Of a stretch of 64,000 nucleotides of DNA, positions 1 to 9,601 are shown piece by piece; within the stretch, counting starts at the first letter, position 1; the number at the start of each line of letters is the position of its first letter. Below the pieces are notes generated by a model that saw only the letters and a list, made by a program, of their open reading frames with translations, was not told the origin of the DNA and searched no databases. Source of the DNA: Flavobacteriaceae bacterium. Lineage in GTDB: Bacteria > Bacteroidota > Bacteroidia > Flavobacteriales > Flavobacteriaceae. The translations under genes were made by a program, and so were the position numbers. Location: positions 3,386 to 67,385 of the forward strand of contig CANHEA010000003.1 of the NCBI GenBank assembly GCA_947459635.1, read 5' to 3'.

Positions 1-1623
1 AGGCATGGGCATTCTTCCGATTCGTTCTAATGTGACTGCGGTATTGTTTTCTTTTTCTTCGATGCTTTTTATTCCATAATCAATGGTGTTCGTGGTTTGC
101 GTCCAATCGGTTAAATACCAGTCTAAATTGGCGCCAGAAACACGTTCTGCGGTTCTTTTGATATCGTTCGGAGTTGGATGCTTAAATTTGAAATCAGTAT
201 AATATCTCTTGATGGTTTTCATCAAATTTTCTTTTCCAATCAGATAGCCCAATTGCGCTAAGAAAACGTCGCCTTTGCTGTAAGAAGTGATGCTATACAT
301 CTGATTATTATCATAACGGTCTGAATGCGTCGATTGTGGTTGCTCTTTTCCGGAGTTGACCATAAAATAATAGCCTTTATATGAACCTTCATGCGGATTG
401 ACCACCTTTTTCGTCGCGATTTCATTTAAGCCTAAATCTTCTAGATATGACGTAAAACCTTCGTCCATCCAGCCGTGTTTACTTTCGTTCGAAGCCAACA
501 CATGTTGAAACCACGAATGCGCCATTTCATGAGCAATTACGCCAATTAATCCGTCGTAGTCGCCTTCGCCTAAAATTAAGGTGCACATAGCATATTCCAT
601 TCCGCCATCGCCACCTTGAATCACAGAATATTGGTCATACGGATACTTGCCAACAGTTTGATTATAAAATTGCATCAAATGAGCAGTTTCGGGTTCAGCT
701 TTTTTCCAATTGTCAATAATCTTGGGATTGTTTTTATAGAGAAAATGAAGCGTGGCTCCATTCGGAATTTGATAGGAGTCGTGCAAATAATTTTTATCTG
801 CAGCCCAAGTAAAATCGTGCACGTTTGGCGCGATAAAATGCCAAGTCAATGTTTTTGTTTTTTTAGGATAAGTGACTGCAATGCCAGAATCTTGATATCC
901 TTTTCCAATTTCATTTTTGTTTTGAAGATAGCCACTTCCGCCTAAGACATAATCTTTATCAATGGTAATATTTACATCAAAGTTGCCCCAAACGCCGTGA
1001 AATTCTCGTGCGATGTATGGATCTGCATGCCAGCCTTCAAAATCAAATTCTGCGATTTTAGGATACCATTGTGACATAGAAAATTCAACTCCTTCTGCGT
1101 TATTTCTGCCGGATCGGCGAATTTGAACAGGAACTTGTCCATCAAAATCTAAAGTAAAAACAGTTTGAGTATTCGGAAGCAATGGTTTTGCCAAAGTAAC
1201 TTCGAGGATGGTTCCGACTTCTTTTGCCTCAGCAGCAACGCCGTCTTGTTTGAAATTTGAAATTCTGAGATAACCAATTTCATTCGGTTTCAACTTGGCA
1301 ATGCGACTTTCTTTGACGTCTTTTCCTTCCACTTTAGTTTTAGTAATCATTCTTCGGTCTGGATCGGCAATGCTTTGAACACGTGCATCCATTTCGCTTC
1401 CAGGTTGGAATGCATTATTATACAAATGATAATAAACGCGCTTTAAAGTGTCGGGCGAATTATTGGTATAAACCAACGTTTGATTGCCTTTGTATTGATA
1501 GTTTTTTGCATCAACCACGACATTCATCTTATAATCAACTTTTTGCTGCCAATATCCTGCGCTTTGGGACCATCCGATTGAAAAGACCAGCAATTGAAAA
1601 GAAAGGAGACAGAATTTATTCAT
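1..1623 (-). CDS. M1 family zinc metallo-aminopeptidase, secreted; 3' end runs off the window (absent from ORF track)
   Basis: Manual translation from ATG at 1623: MNKFCLLSFQLLVFSIGWSQSAGYWQQKVDY...GGMEY...HEMAHSWFQHVLASNESKHGWMDEG (GxMEN-like motif plus HExxH-x18-E). Confidence 0.92.
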   Translation of the reverse strand, partial: MNKFCLLSFQLLVFSIGWSQSAGYWQQKVDYKMNVVVDAKNYQYKGNQTLVYTNNSPDTLKRVYYHLYNNAFQPGSEMDARVQSIADPDRRMITKTKVEGKDVKESRIAKLKPNEIGYLRISNFKQDGVAAEAKEVGTILEVTLAKPLLPNTQTVFTLDFDGQVPVQIRRSGRNNAEGVEFSMSQWYPKIAEFDFEGWHADPYIAREFHGVWGNFDVNITIDKDYVLGGSGYLQNKNEIGKGYQDSGIAVTYPKKTKTLTWHFIAPNVHDFTWAADKNYLHDSYQIPNGATLHFLYKNNPKIIDNWKKAEPETAHLMQFYNQTVGKYPYDQYSVIQGGDGGMEYAMCTLILGEGDYDGLIGVIAHEMAHSWFQHVLASNESKHGWMDEGFTSYLEDLGLNEIATKKVVNPHEGSYKGYYFMVNSGKEQPQSTHSDRYDNNQMYSITSYSKGDVFLAQLGYLIGKENLMKTIKRYYTDFKFKHPTPNDIKRTAERVSGANLDWYLTDWTQTTNTIDYGIKSIEEKENNTAVTLERIGRMPMP

Positions 1624-1712
1624 ATTTCAAGAATTAGATGTTTTATAAAATTAAAATAAGCTTGAAGATTAGTCATCTCGCAAGCTCATCTTAACAGAAA
1701 AGAAAAATAAGA

Positions 1713-3323
1713 TTATCCTCTCACTTTTTTCTTAGTTTTTTTTGCTGGGATTTGTGCTGACATTTTTTCTGCCATTTTAAAAGCGTTGTAGGCACTGACC
1801 ATTTTTCCTGAAGTCGAAATTTGGCTTAACGTACGCAAATCTTTCGGATCGCCACCAACTTCAACATTTTGATCGAAAGCAGTTCCTGAATTCATCAGAA
1901 TTTCTTTTACTTGTTTTGCGCTTAAATTCGGAAAGTACGAACGAATTAAAGCAGCAACACCCGCAGCATTTGGAGAAGCCATTGAAGTTCCTTGCTCGTA
2001 TTTGTAGGTGTTGTTTGGCGTTGTTGCATAAATTTTCATTCCAGGCGCAAAAACATCTACATTGAGTTTACCATAGTTTGAAAACGGCGCCAGTACAGTA
2101 GAACCGTATTCATAATTTAGAGCACCAACGGTAAGTACATTTGATGCAAATTCGGTTTTTTTGTCGTCAGAATCATTTGGAAAATTGTTTTCTACATCAA
2201 TATCTTTTGCATCATTTCCAGCGGCATGAACAATCAAAACGTCTTTGCTTTCTGCATATTTAATAGCGTCATAAACCCATTGTTTGTGCGGAGAGTAGCT
2301 TTTTCCGAAACTTCCATTGATTACTTTCGCTCCGTTATCAACCGCATAGCGAATACCTAAAGCAATATCTTTATCATACTCGTCTCCGTTTGGCACTGCT
2401 CTGATTGCCATAATTTCAACATTATTTGCAATTCCGTCGCCGCCAATTTTATTAAATCGGCTTTGTGCTATAATACCCGCAACGTGTGTTCCGTGAAGCG
2501 CCTCTTTTTTGTCAGGTCCGTAAACAACATTATTACCATAAAATTTTGTGTTTATGTCATCTGCGTTGTCACCCAGAACTTTTCTTCCATCAAAATCTTT
2601 ATTGAGGTTGTAGTTTAGCATGTCATAGACTTGATTCTTGTAATCGTTCAAATCTTCATTGAAGTTTGGACCTGCTTGGCTAATAACGCTTGTCATCACT
2701 TGTTTGCTTTTAGTCACAGCAGGCTCAGTAGATTCAATTGCTTTGACTTCTTCTAAGGTATAATTTTCTTTCTTTAAAAAGTCTTTAATTGTTTGATTGC
2801 ATTTAAATAAGAAGTCGACTTGTTGCTTACCTTGCATATTGTCCTGCAACATTTTATCATATTCGGCTTTAGCGGATTTATATTCTTCAGAACCGTCATC
2901 TGCTTTTTTCATAATACGTGTCATCTCTAGATTTTCAAGGCCGGAATCTCCTAAAAAGTTCCAACCGTGAATGTCATCCACGTATCCATTTTTATCATCG
3001 TCTTTACCGTTGCCAGCAATTTCTTTTGGATTGGTCCAAATTACCGATTTCAAATCTTCGTGATCAACGTCAACTCCGGAATCAAGAACAGCAACGATAA
3101 TCTTTTTGCCTTTTCTGTTTTTAATTAGTTCTGAATAGGTGCGATCAACACTCATTCCTGGAATACTGTCCTTTGCAAGGTCAAGATGACTCCATCTTTT
3201 TAATTGGTCTTCGGTTAATTTCCCTTTTTTGGCAGCAAAAGCAGCACTAGTCTGTGCTTGGAGGGAAAACGACATGACTAAAGAGGTAGCGATCGAGAAA
3301 CAAGCAGATTTAATTAAATTCAT
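1713..3323 (-). CDS. S8 (subtilisin-like) serine peptidase with signal peptide
   Basis: Catalytic triad motifs VAVLDSG, HGTHVAG, GTSMASP; oxyanion AAGND. Confidence 0.95.
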   Translation of the reverse strand: MNLIKSACFSIATSLVMSFSLQAQTSAAFAAKKGKLTEDQLKRWSHLDLAKDSIPGMSVDRTYSELIKNRKGKKIIVAVLDSGVDVDHEDLKSVIWTNPKEIAGNGKDDDKNGYVDDIHGWNFLGDSGLENLEMTRIMKKADDGSEEYKSAKAEYDKMLQDNMQGKQQVDFLFKCNQTIKDFLKKENYTLEEVKAIESTEPAVTKSKQVMTSVISQAGPNFNEDLNDYKNQVYDMLNYNLNKDFDGRKVLGDNADDINTKFYGNNVVYGPDKKEALHGTHVAGIIAQSRFNKIGGDGIANNVEIMAIRAVPNGDEYDKDIALGIRYAVDNGAKVINGSFGKSYSPHKQWVYDAIKYAESKDVLIVHAAGNDAKDIDVENNFPNDSDDKKTEFASNVLTVGALNYEYGSTVLAPFSNYGKLNVDVFAPGMKIYATTPNNTYKYEQGTSMASPNAAGVAALIRSYFPNLSAKQVKEILMNSGTAFDQNVEVGGDPKDLRTLSQISTSGKMVSAYNAFKMAEKMSAQIPAKKTKKKVRG

Positions 3324-3568
3324 TTTTTTAGTGTTTAGGAAGGGTCAAAAATAATTAGGTTTATTTTGAAAATCAGGATTAGTTAACAATAATTTAGGAT
3401 GCCTTGCGAGCGCGTCTGTAGGTTAGATGACTATCAAAGCTCAAACGGAATGATTAATTCCTTTTTTTTACGTCCAAAAAGATTCTATGAAATTGAGAAT
3501 AAATCGAAAGGAGGTAATAAATAAAAGCGTAATAAAATAGATCATTTTTAACATAGCCAAATGTACTT

Positions 3569-4000
3569 TTAAGATTGACAATTTAAGATTATTTTCTGTA
3601 ACGTGCTGTTCAAATTTTCTAAGTCTTCAATAGAAATTCCCGCTTGCGCATTCCTTCTGTTTTGCAAAACCAAGTCTTGGACTTTATATATTATTTGCTC
3701 TCCAGTCGGCGTAACTCGTAAAATGGAGGTTCTGCGATCTTTGGGATTTGTTTTTCGGTCTAAGTATTTGGCTTTTACCAACAATTCAATTATTCGTGTT
3801 ATTGATGCATTGTCTTTAAAAACTTTCTTTGCAAGATCTATTTGAGGGATATTCGGATTCTCAAAAAGAACTTTTATAATCAACCATTGATCTACCGTAA
3901 TGTTTAGTCCGTTTTCTTTTATTTTCTTTTGCGAATAATTTCGATAGGTTCGGATCGCTTTGTCGAGTAGGTAAAAATTAATAGTCTCAATACTTCCCAT
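3569..4000 (-). CDS. MarR family transcriptional regulator (start probably ATG 4000; ORF extends to 4042)
   Basis: LNITVDQW..., wHTH, DRR motif (NPKDRRTS). Confidence 0.9.
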   Translation of the reverse strand: MGSIETINFYLLDKAIRTYRNYSQKKIKENGLNITVDQWLIIKVLFENPNIPQIDLAKKVFKDNASITRIIELLVKAKYLDRKTNPKDRRTSILRVTPTGEQIIYKVQDLVLQNRRNAQAGISIEDLENLNSTLQKIILNCQS

Positions 4001-4069
4001 ATGAATCTCTAAAAGATAAGCCATCAAAAATTGACACATCAAATAAACAAAAAAATGTTCAAGATAAGG

Positions 4070-4933
4070 CTATAAGTCAAAAATTTCTTTACAAGAAAAA
4101 ACCTCTTTCAAACGAATTCCTTTTTCGGTTCGCTCGACTGTAATAATTTCATTATGAGCATCATGTTCTAAAAACAAATAGAAATTTTGATCTGCCGCTT
4201 GGTTCAAAAACATTTCTTTTTCAGGCAATGTCAATAATGGACGCGTATCGTAGCCCATAACATACGGCAAAGGAATATGGCCCGCGGTTGGCACCAAATC
4301 CGCCATAAAACAAATGGTTTTCCCTTGATATTGAATCTGTGGAATCATCATTTTGTCCGTATGTCCATCTACAAAATGAATCCCAAAATCTAATTCGGAT
4401 TTTTGAAGAAAAGCATTGTCAGGTCTATTAATGAATGACAGGCGGCCACTTTCTTGCATCGGCAAAATGTTTTCAGACAAAAAAGACGCTTTTTCTCTAG
4501 CGTTGGGTTTGGTTGCCCATTCCCAATGATCAGAATTGCTCCAATATTTTGCGTTTTTAAAGGCCACTTCATATCCGGTTCTGTCGGCGTTCCATTGGAC
4601 ACTTCCTCCGCAATGGTCAAAATGCAAATGTGTCATAAAAACATCCGTAATATCATCCCGATGAAAACCATAGCGGGCTAAAGATTTGTCAATGCTGTGC
4701 GTTCCCCACAAAGAATAATATCCAAAAAACTTTTCGGATTGTTTGTCTCCCATTCCAGTGTCAATAAGAATCAGTCGGTTGCCATCTTCAATCAAGAGAC
4801 ATCTCGCCGCAATGTCAATCAGATTATTCGCATCTGCGGGATTTGTTTTGTTCCAAATGGTTTTCGGGACAACGCCAAACATAGCGCCACCATCTAATTT
4901 GAAATTCCCCGCTTCTATTGGATACAGTTTCAT
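4070..4933 (-). CDS. MBL-fold metallo-hydrolase (YtnP-like)
   Basis: LDGGAMFGVVPK, THLHFDHCGG, GHT, EHD motifs. Confidence 0.92.
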   Translation of the reverse strand: MKLYPIEAGNFKLDGGAMFGVVPKTIWNKTNPADANNLIDIAARCLLIEDGNRLILIDTGMGDKQSEKFFGYYSLWGTHSIDKSLARYGFHRDDITDVFMTHLHFDHCGGSVQWNADRTGYEVAFKNAKYWSNSDHWEWATKPNAREKASFLSENILPMQESGRLSFINRPDNAFLQKSELDFGIHFVDGHTDKMMIPQIQYQGKTICFMADLVPTAGHIPLPYVMGYDTRPLLTLPEKEMFLNQAADQNFYLFLEHDAHNEIITVERTEKGIRLKEVFSCKEIFDL

Positions 4934-5049
4934 ATACTTTTTATTCTCAATTAAAATTCTTTTACCATGCGAAAAGTACTAAAAATCGATTGTACTTAAT
5001 ATTAAAATCAGTTTTTTCTATGTTAATATTATATTTAAAAATGTGCGTC

Positions 5050-5083
5050 TTGATTTCGTAAAGTATATTTTAGTATATCTTTG
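5050..5083 (+). promoter_or_regulatory. Bacteroidota housekeeping promoter of suf operon
   Basis: TTG at 5050-5052 and TAtcTTTG at 5076-5083. Confidence 0.6.
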
Positions 5084-5187
5084 CGGTTAATTTAGACAAA
5101 ATCAATATAAGGAGATTTGAATCCTTTTTCAAATCTGTTTTCGCTAGTTGAAGTAATTCAAAAATAATAATATCAAATCAATTAGAT

Positions 5188-5517
5188 ATGATACAAGTAT
5201 CAGATACGGCAAGTAAAAAAATCATCGACATGATGAAAGATGACGGATTCGACGCTACCAAAGACTATGTTCGTGTTGGCGTTAAAAGCGGCGGTTGTTC
5301 AGGTTTGTCATACGAATTAAAATTCGACAAAGAAATAGGAGAAACCGATAAAGTTTTTGAAGTGAATCAAGTTCGAATCGCCGTAGAAAAAAAATCTTTC
5401 CTATACCTAGCAGGAACTATCCTAGAGTTTTCTGGCGGATTGAACGGAAAAGGCTTTGTCTTCAATAATCCAAATGCAAGTCGAACTTGCGGTTGTGGAG
5501 AATCATTTTCATTATAA
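5188..5517 (+). CDS. sufA: A-type Fe-S carrier (HesB/IscA/SufA)
   Basis: GGCSG and CGCGESF motifs; first gene of suf cluster. Confidence 0.93.
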   Translation: MIQVSDTASKKIIDMMKDDGFDATKDYVRVGVKSGGCSGLSYELKFDKEIGETDKVFEVNQVRIAVEKKSFLYLAGTILEFSGGLNGKGFVFNNPNASRTCGCGESFSL

Positions 5518-5532
5518 ATTAGCCCACCAATT

Positions 5533-6981
5533 ATGCCAAAATACACTGAGGATGATTTAAAAATCGAACTCGAAAATAAAGAGTACGAATACGGATTTTA
5601 TACCGATATTGAGTCAGATACCTTTCCGATTGGTCTCAACGAAGATATTGTGCGCGCTATTTCGCTCCGAAAAGAAGAACCGCAATGGATGACCGACTGG
5701 AGATTGGAAGCTTTCAGAGCTTGGGAACAAATGAAAGAGCCTGAATGGGCAAATGTTCATTATGAAAAACCAGATTTCCAAGCCATATCGTATTATTCTG
5801 CTCCCAAAAGCAAAGCGAAATATGAAAGTTTAGACGAAGTAGATCCTGAATTATTGGAAACTTTCAAAAAACTAGGCATTTCCATCGATGAACAAAAAAT
5901 GCTTTCAGGCGTGGCGATGGATATTGTTGTCGACTCCGTTTCTGTGGCGACTACATTCAAAAAAACACTGGGTGAAAAAGGAATTATCTTCATGAGTATT
6001 TCTGAAGCCATTCGCGAACATCCAGAATTGGTAAAAAAATACTTGGGAACTGTCGTGCCTCAAAAAGATAATTTTTATGCCGCTTTAAACTCGGCAGTTT
6101 TCTCTGATGGTTCGTTTTGTTATATTCCAAAAGGCGTTCGTTGCCCGATGGAGTTGTCAACCTATTTCAGAATCAATCAAGCGGGAACAGGTCAGTTTGA
6201 GAGAACTTTGGTGATTGCTGACGAAGGGAGTTATGTGTCTTATTTAGAAGGCTGCACGGCGCCAAGTCGAGATGAGAACCAATTGCACGCTGCAGTGGTT
6301 GAACTGATTGCCTTGGATGATGCTGAAATCAAATATTCTACCGTTCAAAATTGGTATCCAGGAAATAAGGAAGGAAAAGGCGGCGTATTCAATTTTGTTA
6401 CCAAACGTGGATTGTGCGAGAAAAACGCCAAAATCTCATGGACACAAGTAGAGACAGGTTCGGCAGTTACGTGGAAATATCCTTCATGTGTATTAAAAGG
6501 CGATAACTCTGTAGGCGAATTCTATTCGATTGCTGTCACCAATAATTTCCAACAAGCGGATACGGGAACAAAAATGATTCATTTGGGAAAAAACACCAAG
6601 TCGACAATCATTTCAAAAGGAATTTCTGCCGGTAAATCTCAAAATAGCTACCGTGGTTTAGTTCAAATAAGTGCTCGTGCTGAAAACGCCCGAAATTTTT
6701 CACAATGCGATTCGTTGTTGATGGGAAATAATTGTGGCGCACACACCTTTCCCTACATCGAAAGTAAAAATCCAACGGCCAAAATAGAACACGAAGCAAC
6801 CACTTCAAAAATTGGAGAAGATCAAGTGTTTTATTGCAACCAGCGTGGTATTCCAACCGAAAAAGCCATTGCTTTAATCGTAAACGGTTTCAGCAAAGAT
6901 GTTTTAAATAAATTACCGATGGAGTTTGCTGTTGAAGCACAGAAACTATTAGAAATTTCGTTAGAAGGAAGTGTTGGATAA
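5533..6981 (+). CDS. sufB: Fe-S cluster assembly protein SufB
   Basis: [46 protein letters not shown]. Confidence 0.98.
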   Translation: MPKYTEDDLKIELENKEYEYGFYTDIESDTFPIGLNEDIVRAISLRKEEPQWMTDWRLEAFRAWEQMKEPEWANVHYEKPDFQAISYYSAPKSKAKYESLDEVDPELLETFKKLGISIDEQKMLSGVAMDIVVDSVSVATTFKKTLGEKGIIFMSISEAIREHPELVKKYLGTVVPQKDNFYAALNSAVFSDGSFCYIPKGVRCPMELSTYFRINQAGTGQFERTLVIADEGSYVSYLEGCTAPSRDENQLHAAVVELIALDDAEIKYSTVQNWYPGNKEGKGGVFNFVTKRGLCEKNAKISWTQVETGSAVTWKYPSCVLKGDNSVGEFYSIAVTNNFQQADTGTKMIHLGKNTKSTIISKGISAGKSQNSYRGLVQISARAENARNFSQCDSLLMGNNCGAHTFPYIESKNPTAKIEHEATTSKIGEDQVFYCNQRGIPTEKAIALIVNGFSKDVLNKLPMEFAVEAQKLLEISLEGSVG

Positions 6982-7168
6982 TTTAAAAATGAGATAATTT
7001 GAAAATTTGAGAATGCAGTGAAGAGATATCGAGCAAATCAAGACCATTTCAAGAATAGTCAATAAAATAATAATAACGTCAAAACAAAAATAATGTGAAA
7101 ATTTGAAAATGAGATATTGAATCGAAATGGTTTATCTTCAAATTTCCAAATTTCCAAATTTCCAAATT
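6982..7168. repeat. Degenerate 8-bp tandem arrays (AATTTGAA-type left, TTC/TCCAAATT-type right) in inverted orientation
   Basis: atttaaaa-atgagata-atttgaaa-atttgaga (6982-7013), second array ~7092-7117, and ttcaaatt-(tccaaatt)x3 at 7137-7168. Confidence 0.8.
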
Positions 7169-7171
7169 AAC

Positions 7172-7924
7172 ATGTTACAAATAAAGAATCTACACGCTTC
7201 TGTCGAAGACAAAGAAATATTAAAAGGAATCAACCTTGAAGTTAAAGCCGGTGAAGTTCACGCAATCATGGGTCCAAACGGCTCTGGTAAAAGTACACTT
7301 TCAGCAGTCATTGCTGGAAATGAAAATTACGAAGTAACCGACGGACAAGTTTTCTTAGACGGAGAAGATTTAGCGGATTTGGCACCAGAAGAACGTGCTC
7401 ACAAAGGCGTGTTTTTGTCGTTCCAATATCCGGTTGAAATTCCAGGTGTTTCGGTGACCAATTTCATGAGAACAGCCATCAATGAAACGAGAAAAGCCAA
7501 CGGAAAAGAAGAAATGCCGGCGAATGAAATGCTAAAATTTATTCGTGAAAAATCAGAGTTGTTAGAAATCGATCGTAAGTTTTTGTCGCGCTCACTCAAC
7601 GAAGGTTTTTCAGGTGGCGAGAAGAAAAGAAACGAGATTTTTCAAATGGCGATGCTTGAGCCGAAACTCGCGATTTTGGACGAAACCGATTCTGGATTAG
7701 ACATCGACGCGCTTCGAATTGTTGCCAACGGCGTTAATAAATTGAAAAGCGAAAACAACGCCATCATAGTTATTACGCACTATCAAAGGCTTTTAGATTA
7801 TATAGTTCCGGACTTCGTTCACGTATTATACAACGGAAGAATTGTAAAATCAGGTGGAAAAGAACTCGCCTACGAACTCGAAGAAAAAGGATACGACTGG
7901 ATCAAACAAGAACAAGAAGCATAG
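7172..7924 (+). CDS. sufC: Fe-S cluster assembly ATPase SufC (start ATG 7172)
   Basis: GPNGSGKS, FQYPVEIPGV, FSGGEKKR, LDETDSGLDIDAL. Confidence 0.98.
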   Translation: MLQIKNLHASVEDKEILKGINLEVKAGEVHAIMGPNGSGKSTLSAVIAGNENYEVTDGQVFLDGEDLADLAPEERAHKGVFLSFQYPVEIPGVSVTNFMRTAINETRKANGKEEMPANEMLKFIREKSELLEIDRKFLSRSLNEGFSGGEKKRNEIFQMAMLEPKLAILDETDSGLDIDALRIVANGVNKLKSENNAIIVITHYQRLLDYIVPDFVHVLYNGRIVKSGGKELAYELEEKGYDWIKQEQEA

Positions 7925-7928
7925 AAAA

Positions 7929-8006
7929 GTTGTCCGTTATCGGTTCTGAGTTATCAGTTAAAAACTGAATGACAAACCGACAACCCACAACCGACAACCC
8001 ACAACC
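7929..8006. repeat. Inverted pair of 7-bp tandem arrays
   Basis: gttgtcc-gttatcg-gttctga-gttatca-gtt versus aaccgac-aacccac-aaccgac-aacccac-aacc. Confidence 0.8.
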
Positions 8007-8008
8007 AT

Positions 8009-9325
8009 ATGGAATTAAAAGAAAAACTCATCGCCTCTTTTATGGCATTCGAAGAACGAGTTGATGTAGACGCCGATTTACACAACATCAGAACTTCTGC
8101 CATCCAAAATTTTGAAAGCAAAGGTTTTCCAACCAAAAAAGAGGAAGCGTGGAAATACACTTCGTTGAATTCTTTGCTCAAAAATGACTTTACGGTTTTT
8201 CCAAAAAATGAAAACACTATTCAGTTTGCCGATGTAAAGAAATATTTCCTGCATGAAATCGACACCTATAAGGTCGTTTTTATCGACGGTATTTTTAGTT
8301 CGTTTTTGTCTTCTACCACACACGACGGAATCGATGTTTGTCTGATGTCTTCGGCGCTAAACAAGCCGAAATACAAAATGGTCATCGACAATTATTTTAA
8401 TCACATTGCCAACAAAGAAGAAAGTCTTACGTCTTTAAACACGGCCTTTGCGAGCGAAGGAGCGTATATTAACATCCCAAAAAGTAAAGTGACCGACAAG
8501 CCGATTGAAATCATGTATTTCTCTACCGGAAGCGAAGCCGCATTGTTGGTTCAACCGCGAAACTTGGTTATTGTTGGCGAGAATTCTCATGTTCAAATTA
8601 TCGAAAGACATCAAAGTCTCAATGAAAATGCGGTGCTAACCAACTCCGTGACCGAGATTTTTGCACAAAAAAGAGCGATTGTCGACTATTACAAAATTCA
8701 AAACGACAATCATACAGCGTCATTAATAGACAATACCTATGTTTCGCAACAACAAGAAAGTCATGTGCATGTGAACACCTTTAGTTTTGGAGGGAATCTG
8801 ACAAGAAACAATCTCAATTTTTACCACTTTGGCGAAAGAATCGAAAGTCATCTCAACGGCATTACCATTATTGGCGAAAAACAACACGTCGATCATTACA
8901 CTTTAGTGCATCATGCGCAACCAAACTGCGAGAGTTTCCAAGATTACAAAGGCATTTTTTCTGACAATGCGATAGGTGTTTTCAACGGAAAAATTTATGT
9001 CGAAAAGGAAGCGCAAAAAACCAATGCATTCCAAAAGAACAACAATATTTTATTAAGTGATAAGGCAACGATTAATGCCAAACCGCAATTAGAAATTTTT
9101 GCAGACGATGTCAAATGTTCCCATGGTTGCACGATCGGTCAACTAGACGAAACCGCCATGTTCTATATGCAATCGCGCGGAATTCCGAAAAAAGAAGCCA
9201 AAGCTTTGCTGATGTATGCGTTTTCAAATGCAGTTATCGAAAGCATCAAAATACCAGAACTGAAACAACGAATTACAAAAATTATAGCGACTAAATTGGG
9301 CGTTAAAATAGGATTTGATTTGTAG
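8009..9325 (+). CDS. sufD: Fe-S cluster assembly protein SufD
   Basis: EAWKYT, KPQLEIFADDVKCSHG, FYMQSRGI. Confidence 0.97.
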   Translation: MELKEKLIASFMAFEERVDVDADLHNIRTSAIQNFESKGFPTKKEEAWKYTSLNSLLKNDFTVFPKNENTIQFADVKKYFLHEIDTYKVVFIDGIFSSFLSSTTHDGIDVCLMSSALNKPKYKMVIDNYFNHIANKEESLTSLNTAFASEGAYINIPKSKVTDKPIEIMYFSTGSEAALLVQPRNLVIVGENSHVQIIERHQSLNENAVLTNSVTEIFAQKRAIVDYYKIQNDNHTASLIDNTYVSQQQESHVHVNTFSFGGNLTRNNLNFYHFGERIESHLNGITIIGEKQHVDHYTLVHHAQPNCESFQDYKGIFSDNAIGVFNGKIYVEKEAQKTNAFQKNNNILLSDKATINAKPQLEIFADDVKCSHGCTIGQLDETAMFYMQSRGIPKKEAKALLMYAFSNAVIESIKIPELKQRITKIIATKLGVKIGFDL

Positions 9326-9330
9326 GTTTT

Positions 9331-9433
9331 AGGAGCTAATCCCGCTATTCGCTAAATCTTTTGTGCCTCACGAGCGGAACGAACTGACGAAGTAAACCCT
9401 GGCACAAAAGGATACCGCTGCTATCGGGGCTAA
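9331..9433 (+). ncRNA. Structured intergenic repeat, copy 1 (Flavo-1-like RNA motif)
   Basis: GGAGC..CCCGCT..CGCT..ATCTTTTGTGCC[loop]GGCACAAAAGGAT..CGCT..ATCGGGGCTA; similar to copies at 49932, 60323 and 63613. Flavo-1 name is from recollection of the Rfam motif. Confidence 0.7.
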
Positions 9434-9543
9434 GGCATCTCGAATCAATTGAAAAACGCGTACAACAAAAATAGATCCTTTGCGCCTTAGCGTCTTCTCG
9501 AGCAAATAAATGCAACAAGTCGCATCGAATTTATTAACAACTG

Positions 9544-9578
9544 TTTGCTAAAATTCTAACCCAATTCAACTACTTTTG
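9544..9578 (+). promoter_or_regulatory. Internal promoter upstream of sufS
   Basis: TTTG 9544-9547 and TActTTTG 9571-9578. Confidence 0.5.
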
Positions 9579-9601
9579 TTTGTCGATTTTCCAGAAAAAA
9601 T

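Noticed and set aside
616-1637. Plus-strand ORFs 616-945 and 1383-1637
   Set aside because: They lie opposite the real M1 peptidase gene on the minus strand.
7127-7171. N-terminal extension of SufC (MVYLQISKFPNFQIN)
   Set aside because: Translation of the 8-bp repeat array; conserved SufC begins at MLQIKNL.
9384-9410. CTGACGA in the loop of copy 1 resembling a hammerhead ribozyme core
   Set aside because: No stem II followed by GAAA and no suitable stems I/III are visible.
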